DNA of 64,000 nt from a virus. Where the stretch lies: positions 6,398 to 70,397 of IMG/VR virus record IMGVR_UViG_3300002854_000001; one strand, 5' to 3'. This document shows, one piece after another, positions 56,101 through 64,000 of this stretch; the first letter of the stretch is position 1; each line of letters opens with the position of its first letter. A program made the translations under genes and the position numbers. A model generated the notes under the pieces. That model had not been told where the DNA came from. It saw only the letters and a list, made by a program, of their open reading frames with translations, and made no database searches.

Positions 56101-58666
56101 CACCAGCCAGGGGAGTGCAATCACGAACCTGAACAGCAGCCTGTCCACGACCAACACGAACGTGACGGCCGCGCAGAGCGCTGCGGATGCGGCGAACACG
56201 CTCGCCGGGGGCAAGGGCAAGGTCATGGTCCAGTCGGCCACCCCCGCCGCGGCCGACCAGCTTGCCCAGAACCTGTGGATCGATACCACCAACAACGCGA
56301 ACACCCCCAAGCGCTGGACCGGCTCCGCCTGGGTCGGCGCAACGGACAAGGTGGCCACCGACGCAGCTGCCGCAGCGCTTGCGGCCCTCGCGACGGCCGC
56401 GACTAAGGCGGACGCTACTGCGGTGAATTCCCTTGCGACCCGCGTCACCAACGCAGAAGGCCAGATCGCCAGCCAGGGCGACTCGCTCACCAGCCTGAAC
56501 AGCAGCCTCGAGCTCAGCCGCGGCGATTCGGCGGCCAGCCTGACCGCCGACGAGGCCATGGCGGACGCCAACGCCTGGCGCAGCCACTACAACACGAGCC
56601 TGGCGGCGAACTTCGTCACCACGACTACCGGGAAGGTCTCGACGACGGTCTGTCGCTCGAACGCCGGCGGCGGATCCTTCTGGAACTACTCCAAGAGCAA
56701 GGTCGTGGTCGACCCGGCGCGCACCTACCGCATCAGCGCCTGGATCCGCCGCGCTGGCGCGAACGGGCCGAGCTACTTCACCTGGTGGCGCAACACGCTG
56801 GGGACCTACGGCAACGTGGGCATCAACCAGAGCTCGCTTCCGGACAACACCTGGGCGCAGATCACCGTGCAGCTCACTGGCGCCGGCCTGGGCGATACCA
56901 GCGTGTCTCCCGGCTTCGCGCTGAACCACACCGGGGGCACCGCTGGGTACTGCGAGATCCAGGGCTTCCGCTTCGAGGACATCACAGACAGCCTCCGGAT
57001 CACGAACGCGGAGACGACGAAGGCTGATGCCAGCGCGCTGAACGCGCTGACGACGCGCGTGTCCAACGCGGAGGGTCTGATCACGAGTCAGGGCAGCTCG
57101 ATCACGAGCCTCAATAGCAGCCTGTCCACGACCAACACCAACGTCACCGCTGCACAGACGGCCGCGACCAACGCGGCAACGCTGGCGGGTGCCAAGGGCA
57201 AGGTGATGGTGCAGTCGACCGCCCCGGCGGCCGCGGATCAGCTTGCGCAGAACCTGTGGATCGACACCACGAACAACGCCAATACGCCGAAGCGTTGGAC
57301 CGGCTCTGCCTGGACTGCCGTATCCGACAAGGTCGCGACGGACGCTGCCGCTGCTGCAGCTGCGGCACAGACCACGGCGAACACCAAGGCCGACGCGTCG
57401 GCCGTCAACTCGCTCACCACGCGGGTCACCAACGCAGAGGGCACGATCACCAGCCAGGCTTCTTCGCTGAGCAGCCTGAACACGACCGTTGGCCAGAACA
57501 CGGCCTCGATCAGCAACACGTCCAGCGCGCTGGCGACCTTGACGGGCCAGGTCAAGGCAACGTGGCGCCTGAACGTGGATGCCAACGGCAAGACCTCGGG
57601 AATCATTCTGGACAACAACGGCCAGACCTCAAGTTTGGTGATGCTGGTGGACAAGTTTGCGATTGCCACCTCGGGCGCGGGCGGCGCGGTGAAGTACCCC
57701 TTCGTCGTGGGGACGGTCGCAGGCAGCACGACGATCGGCATCGACGGGAACATGGTGGTTGACGGCACCATCCAGGGTCGCGCGCTTGTTGCGGAGTCGG
57801 TCACCGCGGACAAGATTAAGGGCAAGAGCATCACGGCGGACCAGATCGCCGCAGGCGCGATCACGGCCGACCTCATCAACGTGGGCATGGGCCCGAACAT
57901 GGTCCCCGACTCCGGAATGATCGCGGGCTTTTCCGGCACGAAGGTTCACACCAGCGACGCGGTTCCCACTGGCTGGACGCCGGGCCAAACTTTTGCGGGC
58001 AGCGCGCAGTTTGTCATGAACTATCCCGACGACAACAACTGGCACCTGCCTGGCCAGACCGCTTGCGGCATCTTCCAACCGAACGAGATCAACACCTCGG
58101 TGCAGGACAAATCGCAGTTCCAGCAGGCCTTCTCGCCGCGGTTCCCGATCATCCCCGGTCAGCGCTACGAGTTCAGCGTGTACACGGGCGCGCATCGCTG
58201 CTTTGCGTGGGTCATCGTCGAGTTCTACGACATCAATGGCAATACCTTGGCGCAGTTCCAAAGCACCGATACGAACGGCGATAAGAAGGGTGGCAAGTTG
58301 TTGAGCGACTGGAAGCGTCTGGGCGCATTTGTGACGGCGCCAGCGAACGCCGCCACGGCCATCATCGCCGTTCGCAAGGCGCCCACGCAGGCGGGAACGG
58401 TCGACAAGAACAGCTGGCTCTTCTACACGATGCCGATGTTCGCGCCCGCCGGCGTGAGTCAAACGGTCTTCTCGGCCTACAGCCACTCGGGGCAGGGCAC
58501 GCAAATTTCCGGCTACGGCATCGACACGCCGGCCCTTTCCGCCATGAGCGCCAATGTGGGCCTGCTTCGTACCGCCACCTGGGGTGCGCGAACCGAGATC
58601 GAGTCGAACCAGGTCCGGGTCTACGACAGCAACAACGTACTGCGAGTACGCATGGGAGTTTGGTGA
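50171..58666 (+). CDS. Central tail fibre / host-specificity protein (gpJ-like), 2831 aa
   Basis: PTIYGAPARVGG, RIRGKKVYDPR..NPALCLTDFL, FN3-like repeats, long coiled coil, DUF1983-like segment, ends VYDSNNVLRVRMGVW. Confidence 0.9.
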   Translation: MGNLMKWVRAARGPAVFLGLLGACGAAMAEPISSILYAIGTAVGASAATAAAVGGLIVSAAVSFVSSAYASSQAKKKARQAAARKFAEDVANLKDRTATLLQSDSPWPTIYGAPARVGGSVAAVLSSGLGDEYKHIVIVFAAHESEAIDEIFIDGESVGSIDEGGWADGEKFQLKAEYAGDLSAGPAVNVQFHTSPGGVDTADQFLKGSVDRTFPGLNLWTDEHRLSGYTYAVITLNLFLERFQGGLPEITARIRGKKVYDPRTGLTKFSRNPALCLTDFLRSEVGYQAAQEQVDEAALIAAANACDEIVYSAGDALNYGNSNARYVCDGMFRSDQDRESTRQQIEESMAGFSLESGGVWRIQAGAWSTPVLALTDEDMLAPIVVGQTCNATNARYNGARGTYVNAAGNGISEDFTPYQNSVFRASDEKDKWYDMALTFTSSHMRCQQLARVYVEQSRGGFVLQIQPKMKAWHLQPGDRIVLSSALYGFANKTFRVQDWTYSARAPLALVVIEDIPAFYDLADEVLIDPAPNTNLPSPFLAPEAPMDVTVTSGQDLMVQQGPVRIVRAQVKWAAWSDAGAARGGAVRVQWRLKQANEEWQTTDLPGTATETFLLGLQVGGIYQVRLRFQTAYASSSWSIVEHGITGKTDAPSSVDGLTVTIESDGVYARWNRPAGLDLIDWNLTELRIGDEFTTAVDVWSGKAEQANLGWLKAGLVKVWARHGDTTDRWSTPVSNLIEILVPVQPVVTGEAFRDQVELSWPPCGTSLPIRGYDVRVGASFAAAQALGTVDALGYKYTQTVPGTYIYWVSPVDMAGNRGAPGFKQLVTLPGIQESLDELHEGLDDIVADLGQAKQDITKEVQDRTAADQAEATARSNAVAAEATARANALAAEQTARTNAITTQANRITQEITDRGAAITAEQTARGNAISAEQTARANALAAEVTARNAAIAVETANRTNALTAEATARTNAITTAVSAETAARNQAISAEATLRTNADQAEVTARTNAILAESQSREAAIASEASARSTADQAEVTARQNLATQLQNADQVLTSAIQNEATIRSSADAAEVSQRESLGITLMGRADVAATLSRVVGPSLRASFAAAAVVAVWELPTPPTSGWLYDEQQARITSDSAEVSARESLAAQMRGTYAGTDLAQVTSGLIYTERQARVTADQAEVTARQALETTVTNNKSTTDAAIVSEQNARTTADSALGTRVDTLTTTVNTDRTNANTAITSEQTARTNADSALGTRIDTLTTTVNNNQTTGSAAIVGEASARAAADAAEAAQRQSLATSITGMPNPADQLGAVVGESLTLDFGGTAYNVWQKPAVDTLSSGLIFEERQARVTADSAEVTARQALEAVVNTNKGSAEAAMTAEQTARANADAAEVTAREAFQTQMRGTYAGTDLAQVSTGLIAAEKTARTTADTAIVGTVTALQTTVTNNKSAADAAILAEQTARADADAAEVTARQALQTTVTSNKTTTDAAIVAEQNARSTADGALGTRIDGVIATATTDRTNASTAMTTEQTARASADTALGTRIDTLTTTVITDRGAASTAITNEQTARASADTALGGRIDTLTSTVSDNKTTAQAAVNDEAATRATADTAEAIQRASLGVVLTGAPAPSNTLAGVVGPSLKVSMTGGSLGVWEPMALDVLSSGLIFDERRARITADSAEVTARQALATTVTNNKTTTDAAIAAEQTARSNADAAEVTARESLATQMRGTATGTDVATVTSGLLFSEKTARTTADTAIANSVTALSTTVTNNKTTTDAAILAEQTTRASADTANATEIAAVKATVTGNKTSTDAAINSEASARATADAAEATRREALSASVMGMPNPAITLDTVEGQSLDLDFGVANYQAWFKPSYETLSSGLLYEERQSRITADSAEVSARQLLEAKVTSNKAETDAAIVNEQTVRSTADTANANNINSLSAVVNSTTDGLPSRASNTALTALSTRVTNAEGLITSQGSAITNLNSSLSTTNTNVTAAQSAADAANTLAGGKGKVMVQSATPAAADQLAQNLWIDTTNNANTPKRWTGSAWVGATDKVATDAAAAALAALATAATKADATAVNSLATRVTNAEGQIASQGDSLTSLNSSLELSRGDSAASLTADEAMADANAWRSHYNTSLAANFVTTTTGKVSTTVCRSNAGGGSFWNYSKSKVVVDPARTYRISAWIRRAGANGPSYFTWWRNTLGTYGNVGINQSSLPDNTWAQITVQLTGAGLGDTSVSPGFALNHTGGTAGYCEIQGFRFEDITDSLRITNAETTKADASALNALTTRVSNAEGLITSQGSSITSLNSSLSTTNTNVTAAQTAATNAATLAGAKGKVMVQSTAPAAADQLAQNLWIDTTNNANTPKRWTGSAWTAVSDKVATDAAAAAAAAQTTANTKADASAVNSLTTRVTNAEGTITSQASSLSSLNTTVGQNTASISNTSSALATLTGQVKATWRLNVDANGKTSGIILDNNGQTSSLVMLVDKFAIATSGAGGAVKYPFVVGTVAGSTTIGIDGNMVVDGTIQGRALVAESVTADKIKGKSITADQIAAGAITADLINVGMGPNMVPDSGMIAGFSGTKVHTSDAVPTGWTPGQTFAGSAQFVMNYPDDNNWHLPGQTACGIFQPNEINTSVQDKSQFQQAFSPRFPIIPGQRYEFSVYTGAHRCFAWVIVEFYDINGNTLAQFQSTDTNGDKKGGKLLSDWKRLGAFVTAPANAATAIIAVRKAPTQAGTVDKNSWLFYTMPMFAPAGVSQTVFSAYSHSGQGTQISGYGIDTPALSAMSANVGLLRTATWGARTEIESNQVRVYDSNNVLRVRMGVW

Positions 58667-58989
58667 TGGCTTCAGGTCTTCAAGTCTTCGACGGGCAGGG
58701 CCGTGCCGTTCTCGACACGAGCTCCTACAGCGGACGCTTGCTCGGCACTGCCTATCTGGGTGCAGGGCCGGGCAGTGGAACCATCTACCACGACGGCTTC
58801 TACGCGGGCACGCCGTTCTGCATTCCCTTCATCGACCAGGCACAGGGCCTTGGCCCGTTCGACTTTAATATGTTCTGGTCGGTGCCTCAGGTTTGGTACT
58901 CGGGCAATGCGCTCAACTGGAGTCGACCGCAGCCGATGGGCTTCGGTGCCCAGTACCCGCACTGTCAAATTTGGTACGGAGTTCGTTGA
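58666..58989 (+). CDS. Small tail-tip-associated protein
   Basis: MASGLQVFDGQGRAVLD pattern typical downstream of J. Confidence 0.7.
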   Translation: MASGLQVFDGQGRAVLDTSSYSGRLLGTAYLGAGPGSGTIYHDGFYAGTPFCIPFIDQAQGLGPFDFNMFWSVPQVWYSGNALNWSRPQPMGFGAQYPHCQIWYGVR

Positions 58990-59684
58990 TGCCCGCAGGT
59001 TTTGAATCGTTCCGCGACGGCGGTGGATATCAGATCGTCAGCGATACCCCCATGCTGTCACTCGATCGGGTCGTCGTCGTCACAGGCGGGCCACTCGATC
59101 CCGACAAGGGCTACTCGACAGCTTTTGTCTGGATGGAGAACGGGGAGATGGTCTCGGTGCATACGGGCGGCAAGCAGGTAGCCGTCATTGGCAAGTACAA
59201 CAGCAACCTGATGCTTGCCGTGATGGGGGAGAGCTACCCGTCGATCGAGTGCTACGTGTTCAGGCCTCACCGTCCGTCGGGTCAGAACTTCGGCATGCAG
59301 ATCTTCGACGGCGCAGGCAACATGACCTATGACTCTGGTCGCGCGCCGTTCAATATCGTCGCCGAGACCTGGGGTCCGTCGCCCGACTATTGGCTGCCCG
59401 CCGGCCGCAAGTACGCCGTTGTGGTTGCGTCCACTTTCGTCGAGATCGAGACCTTCGTGGTCTACACCGGAGTCGGGGTCCAGGTGGACTACATGACGTT
59501 CGAGACATGCTCCACCGACTTCTTCAGAACGTTCCACGATCGGGTAATGGTGGAGCGCCTTCTGTACCACCAAGTGGTGCGGGGGCCTTATCCGTACAGC
59601 CAGCCGACCAGCGTCCAGAACTACAAGGCCAACAACAACCAGCCCTCGCGCTTCTTCGTCGTGGACGTGACCAACTACAGCTGA
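58989..59684 (+). CDS. Tail-tip-associated protein
   Basis: MPAGFESF..FGMQIFDGAGNMTYDS. Confidence 0.7.
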   Translation: MPAGFESFRDGGGYQIVSDTPMLSLDRVVVVTGGPLDPDKGYSTAFVWMENGEMVSVHTGGKQVAVIGKYNSNLMLAVMGESYPSIECYVFRPHRPSGQNFGMQIFDGAGNMTYDSGRAPFNIVAETWGPSPDYWLPAGRKYAVVVASTFVEIETFVVYTGVGVQVDYMTFETCSTDFFRTFHDRVMVERLLYHQVVRGPYPYSQPTSVQNYKANNNQPSRFFVVDVTNYS

Positions 59685-59695
59685 AGCGTCATCCC

Positions 59696-59733
59696 GGGGA
59701 TTGCGAATCCGATCGCGGCCGCCCCATAGTGGC
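59696..59733 (+). promoter_or_regulatory. Candidate late promoter (fibre module)
   Basis: GGGGATTGC-N20-CATAGTGGC. Confidence 0.45.
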
Positions 59734-59794
59734 GCCTCTACACCGCAAGCACCGGCTTGCTCACCGCTCGGCAACAACAACAAAAACAGCCACC

Positions 59795-60475
59795 ATGTCT
59801 TTCCTCGCCCCCAAGGAACATCCGAACAAGTCCGTGTCGCAGGCCCACAAGGTGGTGCGTGTCGAAATCGAGGGCGATGCCGCGAAGGCGATCGTCAACA
59901 GCTTCGCCTCCGAGTCCGCTCTCAGCGCAGTGCCGGCGCTGATCGTCTGGCAGGACACCTACCCCGTGCCGCTCTCGGCCGTGGCGGACATCGAGGGCTT
60001 CCTGATCGGCGACAGTGGCCCGTTCGCCGGGGGCGTGAAGCTACCCGAGGGAACGTCGATCGATGTCGCGCGCGAGCGCCGCTGGTCGGAGATCAAGCTC
60101 GAGCGTGACCAGCGGGAGGCCGGCGGCTTCCCGTACCTTGGCAAGGTTTTCGACAGCGACCCCAGAAGTGTCCAACGGATTCTGGGCGCGGTGCTTGCGG
60201 CACAGGTGGCCGTGACCAACGATCTCGAATTCTCGATCGACTGGACGGTGGCGGACAACAGCGTGGTCACGCTGTCGGCGGACGAGCTGATCGCCATGCC
60301 CGCAGCCCTGGCCGCATACGCGAATCACCTCCACGCTGTGTCGCGTGATCTGCGCGTGCTCATCGACGCCGCGGAGACGGTCGAGGAGGTGCGAGGCGTG
60401 CAGTGGCCGTCGGATCTGCCGGCGCCCGAGCCGGAGGTCGAGCAGCCGCCGGCAGAAGAGGGCGGCGACGCCTAA
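59795..60475 (+). CDS. Tail fibre assembly protein (DUF4376-like)
   Basis: RDQREAGGFPYLGKVFDSD..IDWTVADN..IDAAETVEEVRGVQW. Confidence 0.75.
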   Translation: MSFLAPKEHPNKSVSQAHKVVRVEIEGDAAKAIVNSFASESALSAVPALIVWQDTYPVPLSAVADIEGFLIGDSGPFAGGVKLPEGTSIDVARERRWSEIKLERDQREAGGFPYLGKVFDSDPRSVQRILGAVLAAQVAVTNDLEFSIDWTVADNSVVTLSADELIAMPAALAAYANHLHAVSRDLRVLIDAAETVEEVRGVQWPSDLPAPEPEVEQPPAEEGGDA

Positions 60476-60487
60476 GCAGGACCGCGC

Positions 60488-61666
60488 ATGGCCACGACGC
60501 TCAACGAGAAGACGTTCGCGCAGCTGTTCACCGCCGCGGGCGGCGCCAACGGCACCCGCGTGAACGCGCAGGGGCGGATCGAGGCCGCGGCCACGCCTGC
60601 CTTCGATTACGACCCGATCACGCTGGCGGCGCAGGGGCTGCTGTTTCGAGGGCCCCCGCGCGCCAACTTGCTCGCGAACAGCCAGCTCAGCGGTCTGGGC
60701 GCGGCGGACGGCACCACGCCGCCGGCCATCAGCACAGCCACCGTGGACGGAGAGGCTTGCAACGCCATCACTTTCACGCCGGCGTCGGCAGCTGGCTATG
60801 CGGGAAGTCGCTGGCGGGGCAACTCGACTGCGGCCATCGTGCCCGCGACTGCCTACACCCAAAGCGCCTACATCAAGCTCAGCCGTCCGCTCGCTGTGGG
60901 TGAGAGCCTCACGGTCTACTACACCGGCTCGAGCGGCATGGGGACGTTCGCCATCACGCAGGCGATCTCCGCACCATTCGCCGAGCGCTTCACGCGCGTC
61001 TCGACTCCGAACATCACCCCCAACGTTACTGGCAACGTGTGGCCGGTCGTTCACACCAACACCCCGATGGCGAGCAACTTGACGGTGTGGATCTGTAAGG
61101 GGCAAGTCGAGATCGGCCCGACGGTGTCGGGCTACATCCCGACAGCAGGAGCGGCAGTCACGCGGGCCGCTGACGTGGTGACCATCCCCAACGTGCACCA
61201 GGCGCCCTGGTTCAATCCCACGGAAGGCACCTTCCTCGTGGACTTCGACGTCCTTGTGCAGACTGTGGGGACTCAGCAGCAGGGCCTGATGTCGGTGGCA
61301 AGGTCCGACAACACCAGCTACTTGGCTGCTTCCGTCATGCCGAATGGTGCGGTCATCGTTCAGGCGCCCGGTCTGAGCGTTCTCACCGCGGCCGGCGCGG
61401 TGCCGGTCGAGACGCAGCGTAGGGTGGTCTTTTCGTACAAGGTCGGCCAGAAGATCAATCTGTCCGTCGCCGGCGCCGCAATGATTCAGTCGGCTGTCAA
61501 TTTCCCGGCGTTCACCGGACCGGCGCTTGATCTTCGGCTGGGGGCCTTCGCAGGCAACCCCGGCCCGCTCACCGGCCGCATCAAGAACTTCCTCTACTGG
61601 CCGAAGGCCGCCAACGCGGTCGAGATCGCGTCCGTCACCCCCGAAACCGAACTGATCACCGGCTGA
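60488..61666 (+). CDS. Virion fibre/spike protein with LamG-like C-terminus
   Basis: FDYDP..GLL..RANLL, GQVEIG..SGYIPT..TRAAD, WFNPTEGTF. Confidence 0.7.
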   Translation: MATTLNEKTFAQLFTAAGGANGTRVNAQGRIEAAATPAFDYDPITLAAQGLLFRGPPRANLLANSQLSGLGAADGTTPPAISTATVDGEACNAITFTPASAAGYAGSRWRGNSTAAIVPATAYTQSAYIKLSRPLAVGESLTVYYTGSSGMGTFAITQAISAPFAERFTRVSTPNITPNVTGNVWPVVHTNTPMASNLTVWICKGQVEIGPTVSGYIPTAGAAVTRAADVVTIPNVHQAPWFNPTEGTFLVDFDVLVQTVGTQQQGLMSVARSDNTSYLAASVMPNGAVIVQAPGLSVLTAAGAVPVETQRRVVFSYKVGQKINLSVAGAAMIQSAVNFPAFTGPALDLRLGAFAGNPGPLTGRIKNFLYWPKAANAVEIASVTPETELITG

Positions 61667-61669
61667 TCC

Positions 61670-64000
61670 ATGCCCACCTCCCTCACCTCGAAGACCGCGT
61701 CCGACATGTTCGTTTCGTCGGGCGGCACCAACGGAACCCGCGTGAGCCCACTGGGCTTCATCGAACCGGCGGTCGCGCCGCGTGTGGACTACGACCCGGT
61801 CACGAAGACCGGAAAGGGGCTGCTGGTCGAGATCGGCCGAGCCAACCTGCTGCGGTACACGGCGCGCATGGAGCAGTGGGCCATCGGCGGAACCGGGACT
61901 CCGTCGGTCAAGGTGATTCCGAACGCAGCGGTCGCGCCGAACGGTCACATGGATGCAACAGCGCTGATTCTCGGTAGCACAAGCAGCTACGGAAACGGCA
62001 ACGTCGCGCAGATCGTCGCGAAGGCGGCCGCAGTCGGCACTTATGTGGCATCTGCATACTTGAAGCCCGCCAACGGTGGGTTGCGAGCGTTCCTCTATGT
62101 GCGCGGCACGAGCTCGGCGAATTCGATCAGCGTGAACTTCGACCTCCAGGGCAACGCACACTCCATCTCGAAGACGGGCACCCTTGGCATCGTCTCCACA
62201 GCTGTGACCGAAGCTGGAAACGGCTGGCGTCGCTACGAGCTTGTTTTCACGAGTGACGACACGAACAACATCGCCTATGCGCTCTACCCAGGTGGAGCGA
62301 CCGCAGGCGCCGGCGATGACGTCAGCGGCTGCTACGCGTGGGGCGCGCAGCTCGAGGCTGGAGCCTTCAGTACCTCGTACATCCCGAGCCTGGACACGGT
62401 GACTGCCCGGGGTTCGGCTGCTTCGTACTGGGACGCCAAAGGGGTGATTCGCTATGCCGCCGCGGGTGTCGGTCGCATGAACTACGACCCCGCCAATCTG
62501 GCCATCGCGCCGGTGCTCCTGACCGAGCCCGCGCGGACCAACCTTGTACTGAACAGCTCCCAGACGAACCGTAGCTCCAATTGGACTGTCGGTGTATCGG
62601 CCGGGGCCGCAGGCAAGCTGGCGCCCGACGGGACTCTTCGCGCGATCGAGTACGCAGGTGCCGCTGCGGGGCCGCTGACGCAGGCCAACCTCATCGCGAC
62701 GAGCACCGAGATGACCTTCTCCGTCTACGTGAAGAATGTGGGGCTGACGCTGCCGTTGTCGTTCACCTGGCGCAACGACACGACCCTGACGACCTTCACC
62801 CCGTATGCAACGGTCGCGTCCGATGGCAACGGCGGCCTCACGTTCTCGGGAGCGGGTTGGAACATGAAGCCCGTGGGCAACGGCTGGTATCGCCTCTGGA
62901 ACACGCGCAACACCGGCTTCGCAGTCGGCGACTCGCTCCGAGTCTATGTGGGCATCACTGGCGCCGGCGGCGACAAGGGACCTTTCCAGCTCTTCGGCGT
63001 TCAGCTCGAGGACGGTCCGATGCCAACCTCTTACATTCCCAGCAACGAGGTCTTTCAATCCCGTGCGTCGACCGGGACCTACTTCGATGCCCAGGGCAAG
63101 ATTCAGTCGGCGGCTGTCAACGTCGCTCGCATGAGCTACAACCCGGCGGATCTGGCCGCGCCGCCAGTGCTGATGCAGGAACTCGCGAGCACGAACGTTT
63201 TCCTTCATTCGGAGTTCAAGCCCGGCCTGAGTTCGGCGGCGATCAACTCGGGAGTGTCAGCGGTTGCCGTGGACTGGCTCGGTTTCGCCACGGGCATCGC
63301 GTTTCCAACCTTGCCGAGTGGCTCGCCATACGTCTACGTGGGGCAGACCCCGTCGCTTGCAGCGAGCACCACGTATGTCATCTCCGCGTACGTGAAGATG
63401 GATGACGGACTGCCGCCCTCGGTGGGAAAGCCGACGTCTCCTGAGAACGACTTCGCGCTGGTGATTGCCAACAGCGCAATCCCGTTCAATGCCTACACCG
63501 TCGAAAGTGTTGGCAGCGACGTGTATCGGGTGAGCGCCAAGTTCACCACGGGTTCCACGGTGCCGGCAGGAAATGCAGGAATCTACAAGTACGCGGCGAA
63601 CACACCCCGCCCCTTCAAGGCAACCGGCTTTCAGGTGGAGCAGGCCTCGTTCGCTTCCAGCTATATCCCGACGACGACTGCGGCCGTGACGCGCGCATCG
63701 GACGTCACGACCTCGACCGCCGGAACGCGCGCCGCGGACACAGTTGCTTCTGCAGCAATGACGCGTGCAGCTGACTTTGTACGCCTGGACACCACGCGAG
63801 GCTGGCTGAATGCGGGCTCTGGAACTTTCGCGTTCATCTTTCGAGCGCCCCCGACCCCTCCTTCGACCGTCATCCTGCTCGAGGCCGGCGTGGGCGATCT
63901 GACAAATCGCGTCGGGGTGGCCTGCGGCAACAACAACACCGTGTATGCCTACGGAACGACCAATGGCGCTGGTGGAAATGTCGGGCCGGTCTCGATCACG
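61670..64000 (+). CDS. Paralogous fibre/spike protein with three tandem modules; runs off the right edge
   Basis: Manual translation MPTSLTSKTAS..; three YDP..LLxE..TNL..QLExG..SYIP modules; no stop seen. Confidence 0.75.
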   Translation, partial: MPTSLTSKTASDMFVSSGGTNGTRVSPLGFIEPAVAPRVDYDPVTKTGKGLLVEIGRANLLRYTARMEQWAIGGTGTPSVKVIPNAAVAPNGHMDATALILGSTSSYGNGNVAQIVAKAAAVGTYVASAYLKPANGGLRAFLYVRGTSSANSISVNFDLQGNAHSISKTGTLGIVSTAVTEAGNGWRRYELVFTSDDTNNIAYALYPGGATAGAGDDVSGCYAWGAQLEAGAFSTSYIPSLDTVTARGSAASYWDAKGVIRYAAAGVGRMNYDPANLAIAPVLLTEPARTNLVLNSSQTNRSSNWTVGVSAGAAGKLAPDGTLRAIEYAGAAAGPLTQANLIATSTEMTFSVYVKNVGLTLPLSFTWRNDTTLTTFTPYATVASDGNGGLTFSGAGWNMKPVGNGWYRLWNTRNTGFAVGDSLRVYVGITGAGGDKGPFQLFGVQLEDGPMPTSYIPSNEVFQSRASTGTYFDAQGKIQSAAVNVARMSYNPADLAAPPVLMQELASTNVFLHSEFKPGLSSAAINSGVSAVAVDWLGFATGIAFPTLPSGSPYVYVGQTPSLAASTTYVISAYVKMDDGLPPSVGKPTSPENDFALVIANSAIPFNAYTVESVGSDVYRVSAKFTTGSTVPAGNAGIYKYAANTPRPFKATGFQVEQASFASSYIPTTTAAVTRASDVTTSTAGTRAADTVASAAMTRAADFVRLDTTRGWLNAGSGTFAFIFRAPPTPPSTVILLEAGVGDLTNRVGVACGNNNTVYAYGTTNGAGGNVGPVSIT

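Noticed and set aside
55340-63208. Long minus-strand ORFs (529 aa and 1055 aa) in the tail region
   Set aside because: Shadows of J and the fibre genes; no independent motifs or RBS.
50171-64000. Diversity-generating retroelement or invertible fibre cassette
   Set aside because: No reverse transcriptase or invertase; the duplicated blocks differ at synonymous sites generally, not specifically at adenines.
1-64000. tRNA/rRNA genes, integrase/att sites, lysis cassette
   Set aside because: No cloverleaf, recombinase, holin, endolysin or spanin signatures recognised.

Overview
The window is one continuous stretch of a high-GC tailed dsDNA phage or prophage with a siphovirus-type layout. No host housekeeping genes are visible, and genes run off both edges. 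A Betaproteobacteria-like host is only an impression from composition. From 1 to about 30.6 kb is a leftward arm. It opens with a replication and nucleotide module: PolA-like polymerase, TraR/DksA-like Zn finger, dNMP kinase, MazG-like protein, ExoX-like exonuclease, HNH, AEP primase-helicase, SF2 helicase and ATP-dependent ligase. About 40 small early genes follow, and a hot spot at 22.9-27.5 kb holds counter-oriented accessory genes, including a KAP P-loop NTPase. From 30.75 to 32.25 kb is a divergent control region with a CI/LexA-like S24 repressor and a lipoprotein. From 32.3 to 64 kb is a rightward morphogenesis arm: terminase, portal, S49 protease with nested scaffold, decoration protein, major capsid, neck, tail tube, chaperone with -1 frameshift, tape measure, tail tip, a 2831-aa J-like fibre and fibre paralogs. 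The most striking unexplained signal is a 13-bp asymmetric word, GNCGTTGTCGGGG. I found 14 copies by eye, all in one orientation and only in the leftward arm, both between genes and inside genes in two reading frames, which resembles mycobacteriophage stoperators. Other cis-signals are a six-copy candidate late promoter (GGGGATTSC-N19-20-YAGTMTG), a symmetric operator array, twin 18-bp palindromes and an iteron/palindrome-rich region. No integrase, lysis genes, tRNA or CRISPR array were seen. All family names come from motif recognition by eye, not from database searches. Many start codons were re-assigned from the ORF track using RBS and overlap evidence.
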